A stretch of DNA of 64,000 bases from Octopus sinensis. Its lineage: Eukaryota. Positions within the stretch are counted from its first letter, which is position 1. Every line of letters begins with the position of its first letter. The stretch lies in the NCBI RefSeq assembly GCF_006345805.1, contig NC_043002.1:94426001-94490000 (forward strand). Reading direction: 5' to 3'. The position numbers were made by a program, and so were the translations under genes. Below, in pieces: positions 53,005 to 64,000 of the stretch. The notes beneath the pieces are model-generated. The model saw only the letters and a program-made list of their open reading frames with translations. It was not told the DNA's origin and made no database searches.

Positions 53005-54360
53005 TATAGGTAAGGAAAAAAGAAAGTTATTGAATATTATTCGACTGTTTGCTTTTCAGATTGATTGTGACTGTTGATACTTCTCATTCGCAGTGTCTTC
53101 TTTACATTTGAAAAGGAAAGAAAACCAGCAACAACCAGAAACCTTATTCTTATTCTACAAACCCCCAACTACAATCATTTCAGCGAGACAGAGTTTATAT
53201 TACACTACTGTAGAACAAGCAAGCAATTCAAAGATTAAATCTACGACGACTTGACAGCGTTAATAAAACAGACAAAAGAAAATGAATAACGTTCTTTTTT
53301 TATATATTTTTCCATAATCATTTCACACTTCAGATCTTTCGAGGCTTTAAAGAGAAGAGGAGAAAACAAGCTGGTTCTAAAGAGAAAATCCGGCTGATAA
53401 GATGCAGTCATGTTTGGCTATATGTAAAATGGCGGTGTTGATGTTATTGATAATGGTGGCTTTCTCCAGAGATGTTAGTGTTTTTATACGAATATTGATA
53501 ATTCAAGAAATGCTGTTATAAATAAAAAACGTAGTGTTACCTTCAAATATCTATTGATTTTTTTCTTAATGATGTTCTATCAGATTATGTGTTCAAGTCC
53601 CCATTATAACATATTTTTCTCAATGCTTCAGTTTATTAAGAAGGTGTTGACTTCATTGGATATGTTTCAGTGGACAAAACCTCTGACTGGAAAATCTAAA
53701 TATGTAAGGGCGTTATTTTTATTGATGCAAAATGAAGGGTTGTTGTTATTGCTTTTGTTGCCATATACGACCTTCGTGCCATATAAGGTTTCAACTGTAT
53801 ACTGTATATGTGCATGTATGTGTGTATATGTGTGTGCGTGTGTGTACGTATGAATATATACTTTTTTTACTTGTTTCAGTCATTTGACTGTGACCATGCT
53901 GGAGCACCGCCTTTTAGTCGAAGAAATCGACCTCTGGACTTATTCTTTGTAAGCCTGGTACTTATTCTATCGGTCTTTTTGCCAAACCGCTAAGTTACGG
54001 GAACATAAACGCATCAATATCGGTTCTCAGGTGATGGTGGGGGGACAAGCATAGACACAAACACGCACATAGATGAATATATACATAAATATACGACGGG
54101 CTTCTATCAATTTCCGTTTACCAAATCCACTCACAAGGCTTTGGTCAGTCCGAGGTTATAGTAGAAGACACTTGCTCAAGGTGCCACGCAGTGGGACTGA
54201 ACCCGTAACAATGTGGTTGGGAATCAAGCTTCTTACCACAGGGCATTGAGAAAAATATGTTATAATGAGGACTTGAAAAGGTAATCTGATGGAGCATCAT
54301 TAAGAAAAAAATAAAGAATAGGTATTTGAAGGCAACACAACATCTTTTTATAACAGTATT

Positions 54361-54413
54361 TCACATACCAGGTTTCGTTGTTACCATTGGTAACAATGAA
54401 ATCTGGTATGTGA
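54361..54413. repeat. 53-bp near-perfect palindrome
   Basis: 26-bp arms, one central base, two G/T mismatches. Confidence 0.9.
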
Positions 54414-54697
54414 CTAACCATTATACTTTATATCTTTTTATTCGTCTTGCTCGCTTACATTCTGGCGTTTGCCGAATTTTCTTGAGAGCAATTTTTCTTT
54501 AGTGGTCAGACTATATGGGGTCTACATTTAGCATATCGGATGTTCACCTAGTGGTCATCCCTCTTATATGTATGTAAAATAATTTTTCTGAATCTTCAGA
54601 TCTTTTGAATATGCTAGGCCACTGGTTCAAATTGATATTAATCATACCAATATCAAGTTAAACCCTTATTACTTAAATTTATATATACATATATATA

Positions 54698-54733
<36 letters not shown>

Positions 54734-55265
54734 TGTATGAACATGGTTGTGCCCAAGTTTAATCATTTTTTGTTCATGATGTTTCACATCTCCTTATTAG
54801 TCTTTTAATATGGAACAATGACATTCTTATTAATAAACTCCAAAACCGAAATTATTCAAACACTATTATTAATGAACTAATGCTGTATTTTCCTCACCAC
54901 ACAATTATGTTTAATTAGATTTATATTGTCCAGTTAATTAAATATGTTAACACTAACCAAACGGGAAAAGAACATTATTTGATATCTTAGCCATAAATTT
55001 TAATGCATAAATTTCAACTAAAATTAAAACTGAACGATAAAAGCTTTCTCAAAAGTAAAATGCAAGTAAACCCAATAACACTCAGATGAAGCAGCCTGGT
55101 AATGAACTAAGAACAATTAATAGTTGATGTAGTTAACAATTAACAGCATTTTGCAATTGGTAATGACAATCACACCAGAAGCAACATTTTTCCAATCATT
55201 CTTACTAGCAAGTAAAGCTGCTTATATTTTCAAGCGCATATGACACATTCAACACTGTTTAAGCA

Positions 55266-55621
55266 ATATTGTGTATTATATGGATGAAGGCGCGTGGCTC
55301 AGTGGTTAGAGCGTCGAGCTTACGATCGTGAGGTTGTGAGCTCGAATCCCGGACTGGGCTGCGTGTTGTGTTCTTGAGCAAGACACTTTATTTCACGTTG
55401 CTCCAGTTCACTCAGCTGTAGAAATGAGTTGCGACGTCACAGGTGCGAAGCTGTATCGGCCCTTGCCTTTCCCTTGGACAACATCGGTGACGTGGAGAGG
55501 GGAGGCCGGTATGCATGGGCGACTGCTGGTCTTCCATAAAAACAACCTTGCCCAGACTTGTGCCTTAGAGGGTAACTCTCTAGGTGCAAACCCATGGTCA
55601 GTGTCTGACCGAAGGGGGTCA
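55266..55621 (+). mobile_element. tRNA-derived SINE, family E (further copies 33765-34055 and 56221-56552; degenerate relatives at 47690-47945 and 48490-48770, minus strand)
   Basis: GAAGGCGCGTGGCTCAGTGGTTAGAGC head, B box, TGTTCTTGAGCAAGACACTT core, tail CATGGGCGACTGCTGGTCTTCCATAAA..GACCGAAGG. Confidence 0.8.
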
Positions 55622-55998
55622 CCACTATATGGATGAAAACTTCTGAGTTACAAAAGATAGATTCATCAACTGGTTCTATAAATTTCGAGCTGGTTTTATA
55701 CGTAGGCGCATATTCATTCTTTGGCCTTTGGCTTTACCTTTCAATGACCAGGTTCTAAAATATCTTATGAAGGCGTTTCCTAGGTAACGCTTTAATAAAG
55801 CATTTGTAAATTGGCCAGTGAAAACGAAAGGCACTGACTGAATTAGGGATTATGTATGTAAAAAAAATGCGGAATACTCGTGTAAATCCAGTTCACTCGA
55901 TGTTTGTAATAGCATGAAACCCAAGAGAAAAATAGCTCAATTTAAACTAAATCTTCGTACATGCTTGTGCAGGCGCATGCATGTGCATGGCATGCCTG

Positions 55999-56030
<32 letters not shown>

Positions 56031-56054
56031 CGTGTGTATATATATATACATATA

Positions 56055-56127
<73 letters not shown>

Positions 56128-56155
56128 TATATATATAATATATATATATATATAT

Positions 56156-56220
<65 letters not shown>

Positions 56221-56552
56221 GAAGGCGCATGGCTCAGTGGTTAGAGCGTCGAACTTACGACCGTGAGATTGTTAGTTCAAATCCCAGACTGAGCTGTGAG
56301 TTGTGTTCTTGAGCAAGACATTTTATTTCACGTTGCTCTAGTTTACTCAACGGTAGAAATGAGTTGCGGCGTCACTGGTGCCAAGCTGTATCGACCTTTG
56401 CCTTTCCCTTGGATAACATCGGTGGCTTGGAGACGGGAGGCTGGTATGCATGGGTGGCAGCTGGTCTTCCATAAACAACATTGCTCGGACTTGAGCCTCG
56501 GAGAGTAACTTTCTAGATGCAATCCCATGGTCATTCGTGACCGAAGGAGATT
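56221..56552 (+). mobile_element. SINE family E copy
   Basis: Colinear with 55266-55621. Confidence 0.8.
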
Positions 56553-56634
56553 TCCGATGTATATATATGTATACACACATTATTATGACTCCCCCCCTCG
56601 TTATCGAGTATTGCCATTGCACAAAGTTTAACTG

Positions 56635-57135
56635 TTACTGGTGCTCTGATCGAATGTGACTTTTTACCCCAGCTAAAGATCTACAATGTCTTGTACGGAA
56701 TTGGCAACTAAAACCTTTACCGGTAATAGCCGGCTGTTGTTGAAACTGGGCTTCATGTACCTTTGTATGTCGTCTAAGTCCTCCTGCCGAATTACACTCT
56801 CTTCCACATGCCCGATAGATATGATTAGTATGGTGTGTTACACCACCACCAGTGGCCAGGTTGTCACTCATCTGTCTCGCTTTACGATTACGAAGATGAC
56901 TCTATACGTACATAGATATATATAATGGCGAATGATTATGGATGATTAAATAAAGTGTATCACAGCATTACATGATGTGAGAATGACAATGGCCGTTTGA
57001 ATCCTGCCAGAGACTTACGGAACTTGTTGCAAGTTTGACACTCATACAAACTCTTATGTCTTCTTGGTTCTTCCGGATCATTCAAGTGATTTTCTACGTG
57101 CACCCTCATGTGCCTAGATAATTCTGAGCTATATA
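56635..57135 (-). pseudogene. Decayed multi-C2H2 zinc-finger remnants, probably an RTE 3' end
   Basis: LSRHMRVH..YECQTCNKFRKSLAGFKR (57130-56990) and RACGRECNSAGGLRRHTKVH..FSCQFRTRHCRSLAGVKSHIRSEH (56871-56635). Confidence 0.5.
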
Positions 57136-57265
57136 TACTGGAGGAGAGATTGGCCCCAGCAAGAAAATCGTTGTAGTATGTAAGAGGTCTTTCTGCGTGG
57201 TTCCTCTGGTGGTTTACCAGGCCTGCACGAGACGTACATATGCGGCCATGTATAAAGGTGTGTGT

Positions 57266-57312
<47 letters not shown>

Positions 57313-58111
57313 TGCGTGCGTGCGTGCGTGTGTGTGTGTGTGCGTGCGTGCGTGCATGCAGTATTGCCTAATTATTAAGAAGTTCGCTTCGCTTTTATAA
57401 GATACCCCTTTTCACCCACTGCCTAGCATCTAGGGAAAATCTCATATTCTACGGCCTTGGGTCGATTCATACTGAAAACTGTATGAAAGCTCCTCTGGTA
57501 AAGTTTAGATGCAATCCAAAAGGTATGATCTTACCACTTATTGAACCACTTAGAAAGTTCCTCAGAAAATTACATTAAGGGTATTTGAATCAGTGAAATG
57601 CTCAGCCATTTGCTCGTTAATTCAGTAACAGATCATTCAGTCGATCGAGCACGAGTCCTCGAGTCAAGTGACTGAGATCCACACGCACACATACACAGTG
57701 ACACACACACACACAATGACACACACACAATATAATATTTACATTATTAGAGCTGCTTCTAATACAAATTTTAATTTTGTTTTACTTGGGCGGTGGTATT
57801 GCACATAAGGGGATAAATTTTATTCGCTGCCTGCATATATACCGCAGTCCAGAGATTCGAATTCGTTGACTCGGGTATGCCATGACGATGAGCAGAAACA
57901 ACAGCGAAACATCGATATCCAAAGTCCTCGTTCACCTACGGGACGATTGGTTTCCCTGATTTTGAGGTGTACAGTGATTTTTTTAAACAGTCGATGTCTT
58001 AAAATGAGTTTCCTTGGACGAATTTCCGCAGCTAGTAAGCGTGTAAACAAAACACATGCTCTAAGTATATGACACCGATAACATGTACGAGTGTGTGAAT
58101 GTGCGTGTATG

Positions 58112-58148
<37 letters not shown>

Positions 58149-58156
<8 letters not shown>

Positions 58157-58329
58157 GGGTCAAAACAGTTTGCATCAAATTTGTTGGTACTCCGAGTTTC
58201 AGAGCGTGATGTTAATCCTGAGCCGTTGGAGATTTGCAATAGAAATTTCCAATGGATGAGGATTAGCATCACGCTTTGAAACTCGGAGTACCAACAAATT
58301 TGATGCAAAATGTTTTGACCCATATGTGT
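58149..58329. repeat. Inverted repeat with 71-bp arms and a 39-bp spacer
   Basis: ACACATATGGGTCAAAACAGTTTGCATCAAATTTGTTGGTACTCCGAGTTTC..AATCCT is mirrored at 58259-58329 with few mismatches. Confidence 0.9.
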
Positions 58330-59699
58330 AACTTCCAATAAATGTTTTGAATGCCCTTTTTTCTTTTGTCCACTCACTCGTATATATATATATATATATT
58401 AGAAAAATTGAGGTAATCAGATCAGATGGTTCATATTTGTAGATATTTATTTATATATTACATTTTTTACATATATATCATATCATATCATTCGGATTTC
58501 GGATTAGCGCTTGCTCCCATTCTAGTGGGCTTTTCAAATCAAATCAGTTGTGGGGAGTTTGAACATTTTATAGTTTCGTAGTAGTGGGTGAGGAGGAAGT
58601 GAGACAGAGAAAAAATGTGTGTATGTGTATGTGTGTGTGTGTGTATATGTGTGTGTGCGTGTGTGTGTGTGTGTGTGTGTGCGCGTGTATATCTGAGAGT
58701 GAAGAAGTGTTATTACCGTTGGTCTGCTGGACCGCCTGTGGTTTTATAAGAACTTTGGCCGTCCATTTCGATGTCACTGAGTGTGTGTTGTGCGTAGGTT
58801 GGCCTGGCAAATGTCATTTATATATATATCGCGACTTTGATTAGGTACTTCATAAACATGGCACAACAATCACAGATATTGAAAAGGAAATGAACAAACA
58901 TATCTTTGCTGTTTCATAAAATTCAAGAACTGAATGTATATAAGTATTAAAGGGATGAACAAATGCCAAATGTAATTTTAATATATATCCTATTTTTACT
59001 TATTAAAGAAACTAACTTTTAAAGAAAGACAAAAGTTAAAGCGTGGTCATCATCCTTACCGCCACAATCACCTCTCCCATTATTGCTTGCAATTACATGG
59101 AACATCCCCATCACCGTCTTTCCCCCCGAATTACTTTCCCCCCGAATTACTGTCATCATAGTGCCTAAAGCCACTGCCACTTTTGAATCATTATCATCAT
59201 CATTAAGAGTCAAAATCCTCCACTGACACTGCTTTCAATTTCACCACCACCACCACCACCAAAACCACCATCACTACCATCACCAAAACCACCACCACCA
59301 CCACCACCAAAACCACCACCACCAACACCACCAACACCAATATCACTACAATAGTGCTGCAGCTACCTCCAACATTTCTACTACTTTTACCACATCATTA
59401 CCAACACAGAACCACATCAACGACAACCAGAACAAGCAAGAAACACTAGCTGTCATATCAATTTTGTTCATTTGTGATACATCAATATTTTATCAGTTTC
59501 ATTGCGCTAAAAATAAAAGCAAAGTTCACAGAGCTAGTTAAAGTGGACTTTGTAATAACCATGTCTTATCTAATAACTTTGGTGATGTAAGTTAAGTGAA
59601 AATTTTTCAACTGAAATAAAAAAATCCGGAAGTACATAACTGGATAACTTATCTTTCTATTATGTGCCGTATGCAAGAATCTATTGACCCTTAGTTGTC

Positions 59700-60560
59700 A
59701 GAAATATTCATCAATGACTATAACGGGAAAAGACACGAGTGTCAAAAGCGTTCTGGCGTGAAGTGAAATGGTTCTGCTATACTATTAGCCCAATACTGGA
59801 AAAAGTTTTGTTCGCGTGAACAGACTGCAGAAAATCAGCGAAAGTGTATAGCTCAACACTCTTGTCACAGATCAGAACTCTCTATAATGAACACGATCTT
59901 CTTTCAAAAATTGTAAAAGATAAATATAGAGCACAGACATTTCATTACGTTGCCCATGATGGCCTTCGACTTTGTGGGAAGAAATGGCGTATTTAAAATT
60001 CTCGCCAGGATTGGTTGTTCTCTGAGATGCATCGGGATAATTCAGACACTCTACAAATATGAAAAGCGTCGTTCAGTTTCATGGCTCTTCGTCAGAAACC
60101 TGCAACATCTGTAGTGATATAAAACAGGTATATCTTCTTGCTATCATATTGAAGCATGCAATTAGATTATCAACTGATAGTATTAATTTTCACAATAGAT
60201 CGGATAAGAAACTATCGAGTTTGTCCAGAATGTGGGAGAAAACCAAAGTGCATGAAGTATTCATCTGTTTACAGAAGAAGCGTGCTGATAGCACACACTA
60301 AGGAGCAACTGCAACACTTAAGGATATCTTCTCAAGAGCCTGCCAAGGCTTCAATCAGCATGAAAAAGGCCAAACCGGTGGACTATGATATTAAGTACCC
60401 TGCTTCTATTACAATCAATTATTACCACCAACTGCGAAATAGAGTTTATAAACTTCGACTCTACTACCAGGGACTGCTTTCTCTGAGACGAGTTGATTCT
60501 GTGTCCAGTTGATATATTCGAACGGCAGCCTCAACACTAATCAGACAGAGATAGATACAA
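59700..60560 (-). pseudogene. Possible highly decayed LINE (APE-RT linker, CR1/Jockey-like)
   Basis: Weak motif resemblance only (LSYTLSLIF...). Confidence 0.2.
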
Positions 60561-60649
60561 CAGAATATCTTTTATGCACATTAAGGCTGCATTCTGCAAC
60601 AAATCTTCATTCCACAACTGACTGATTTGCGCTTTAGCAAGACTTGGAG

Positions 60650-61830
60650 ACTCTACTCCAGACAAGAGCGGTATTTCGACACTTCCAACCTTCAGTGCTT
60701 GAGATATATACTGGACAGGTAATGAAATGTCTATGTTACACTCAACATCTTAATCCTACTCTAAGAACGATGTTATTAGTTCGTCTGTTCGTTGTCAGCA
60801 ATGATAAAGGTCATCGCATGGGAGAAAATTACGAAACGCAGGTGTATCCCTCTGGTGCGCGCTCGAAAATCTCTGCCGCATGTCGGGCTCATGGTGGTCT
60901 GCTGGGTCTGAAGGCGAAGCGTTGGCACTGGACTTGCGTAGTTCGTGTTTTCTTTGTGCCTATGCAATCTTGGTCTATTCGTAGGAGGTGGTACCTTTGT
61001 TGGTGCAATTTCGTTAGGCGGAGCGGTCATGCAATTGTGTTTCTCGCGCATCAGGATTGATCTCAAATCTCTCTAGTCAGGGTTTGAGTGTATCCTTGAA
61101 GTGCTTTTTCTGTCCACCTTGCCTGCGCTTGTTTTCTGCCAGTTCGCTGTAAAACAGTCTCTTAGGAAGTCGTGTGTCAAGTATTCGAACAAGGTGACCT
61201 CTCCACCTGCCCTATTCTCTCCCCAGCAGTGTATAAGTGCTTGGCAGATCAGCTCAAGATAGGACTTCCGTATTTGGGATCTTGTCTTATCAGGTAATTT
61301 TTCAACAGCTTTCAGAGGCATTTCATGTGGAAGTGATTGAAATTTTTGTCGGGGCGTTCGTAAACCGCCCAAGTCTCGTAGGTGTACAGTAGTGTAGGAA
61401 GTACAACTGCTTGGTACATCTTGAACTTAGTGGCCAGACATGCCTCTCCTCTCCCATAATGGTTCACGTAGCCGCCCGTATGCTGAGCTTCCCTTGGCGA
61501 TGTGTGTCGACTTTATCGTCAATGCTCACAGATCTGGAGAGTGTGCTGCCTACGGGATTTCCTCTTCGATAGTGTCAGTTGATACCACATGCAGCTTCTG
61601 CAGGGCTGATAGGTACATGACCTCTGATTGTGAAGCCAAAGTTGCAGCAGGCAGATGAAAAGCATTTCATTCCCTGTTACATCTGTAGCGGCGTTGAAAA
61701 CGCAGACTTTGCTAACAGGAAGTCATTCACTGAGTCCTCTTCCACCTTGGTCTTGGCTGTAGCCTCCACTACTTGAGGAGTCTGCCATCAGTCTTGAATT
61801 TGATCTTGATAACATCCAAATTACATAAAA
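60650..61830 (-). pseudogene. RTE-BovB-type LINE fragment (RT end to C-terminal finger)
   Basis: KFKTDGRL..NDFL..CFSSACCNFG..STLSRSVSIDD..GRLREPLWERRG..YQAVVLPTLLY..ETWAVYER..RLPKRLFYSEL..GGQKKHFKDTLK..PTCGRDFRAR; many frameshifts. Confidence 0.85.
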
Positions 61831-62825
61831 TCTTGCCCTACTGTCTTAGATGGATAATGTGGTCCCTCATGAACAAACAAAAAGATGGAATGATCACGGT
61901 TGGAATGCATTTGATCCTAGATCAATACTATCAGGGCTCATCTGGGACTAAGTAATAATTTAAACAACGACAACTACAGCTAATACGTGTCAGCGAGAGA
62001 ATCTTTAAGCAGTAGCTCGATCTGTAAGAAATAACAGCCAATTCTACCTCATATTATACTGATATCATAAATAAGATAAGATGTCAATGTGATTTGAGGA
62101 AGACTTGGTTTCTGTTTTAGCAGGAACAGCGACCACATTGATGCTCCCTCGCTGGTTTTTCTCTTGATGTTTTATGTGTGCAGGAATTGTGATGCATATG
62201 TTATTACCACATAAAGCAGTGACTATGCATATGTTATTACCACATAAAGCAGCTGAGAATCAAACGTGACATAAAGATTACGAATTGATTAGAGCCTTCA
62301 AGATGGTGGCATAAAGGGTGGAAGTTATTTTCACTCCCCAAAAATCTGGCCTGAATGTTTGAAATAAAATGGTCTCCGCTAAAAGCAACTAAAGGCCAAG
62401 TAGTAGTTGTGATGGTGTTAAACCTGGCAAATGAGAATAAAAAACGGGCGTCAGACTTCATTCGGTGTTCTCTTACCATCTGGCTATAACACGGCGATTC
62501 AACACAATACTTTCTCTTAAAGAAAAATTAAATCAAGCAAAATGTTACAAAATACAGAAGCAGCCATATCAGAAACGACAATAGCTAAAAGAACAAGAAA
62601 TATTACAACAACGATAGTTATCTGTTGATCATGCTTCTTTAGAGAAAAGAAAACAATACTGTAAATTATAAAATAATAATTAAGAAAATAACAATAATTA
62701 TCTGATTAGCAATTATTAACCGGTAAAAATACTGAAAAAATTAATTAATTTTACTAAATTAATTTTTTCCGAAAATATTTGGCTATTATTCCTAAAGAGA
62801 AAAAGAAAAGAGTTTTTCGTAATTT

Positions 62826-62872
<47 letters not shown>

Positions 62873-63237
62873 TTCGGAAACATGTTCATCAAGAAGAACT
62901 GTGTCATTATATAACTACTGCAGCTGTTGTCCTTCGACCTTAAGTCAACCTTGATCAAGCAGGACTATGATTGAAGGCGCTCCATCCATAACCATCCCTG
63001 CTCGTTTTACATAATTATGAATATATTGTATAATATGCTTTTCCTGTTTGAAACGGTGACTCGTGACTTAAGAAACATCTGACAGCTATTTCTAGCAGAC
63101 CCGGCGACTACTTAATGAATACTCACAGTGAATCGATTTTTGCAGAGTTGCTAGATTGTATTCTGCTGAGTTTTTATATGCCCCAGCATGGCCACAGCTC
63201 ATTAGCTGAAACTGGAAAAATCAAAATCAAAATCAAA

Positions 63238-63275
<38 letters not shown>

Positions 63276-64000
63276 AAGTTATTTTTTTTTTTGTTCATTT
63301 CATTACAACTTTCGTGAGCAAAGCAGCGAGTAGGCAGAATTGTTAGCACGTTGGTCAAAATACTTGGCGGCATTTCTTCCGACTCTTCACGTTCTGAGTT
63401 CAAATTACGCCTTGGTTGACTTTGCCTTCTGTCTTTTCGGGATCGATGAAATAAGTATCAATTGAGCACCGGGGTCAGTGTAATAAACTAACTCCCTCTC
63501 TATAAAAAAATTGCTGACCATGTGCTAAAATTTGAAGCCAGTATTATATTTGTGAAAGCGACGAAATGGTAGAATTTTTAGTGCGTCAAATAAAAAAATA
63601 CTTTGCGGTACCTGTTTCAGCTCTTTACTCTTTGCGTTCGAATCCCTCTAAGATCGACTTACCCTAACATCCTTTAAGAATCGATAAAATAAAATCTAGT
63701 TGAACTCAGGGGCGGGTGGGGTCGATGTAATCGACTAACCACCTCCGAAAAATTGCTAGCTTTGTGTTAAACTATTAAATCATTATTACTTTGTGTGCTA
63801 AGGCGGCGAGCTGTCAGAATCGTTAGCACACAGGACAAAATGCTTATCGGCATTTCGTCTGTCCTTACTGAGTTTTGAGTTCAAATTCGCCGAGGTCGAC
63901 TTTGCCTTTCATCCTTTCGGGGTCGATAAATGAAGTACCAGTGGAGTCCTGAGGTCGATGTAATAGACTTAAACGCTCCACCAAAATTTCAGGCCTTGTG

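Overview
Eukaryotic, very repeat-rich genomic DNA. The SINE, microsatellite and TTAGGG landscape looks like an Octopus-type cephalopod; this is inferred from recognising repeat families, not from a search. Almost every ORF in the supplied track is a microsatellite artefact or a transposon remnant. The only host-gene signal I can support is one minus-strand first coding exon (17595-17667; signal-peptide-like, Kozak context, GTAAGT donor) beside a GC/trinucleotide-rich putative promoter. The rest is tRNA-derived SINEs of several modular families, LINE 3' fragments (Tx1/L1, R4/Dong, CR1, RTE), DNA transposons (Chapaev3 pseudogene, two Tc1/mariner elements, hAT MITEs, six Merlin-type MITEs carrying telomeric repeats) and local tandem duplications. 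The most unusual item is a three-copy tRNA-headed SINE-like family that ends in a Penelope-type minimal hammerhead ribozyme, with a compensatory stem-II change between copies. A second hammerhead-variant family and three apparently microsatellite-targeting LINE families, in (TATC)n, (ACAT)n and (TAA)n, are also present. SINE boundaries are approximate, to within tens of bp.
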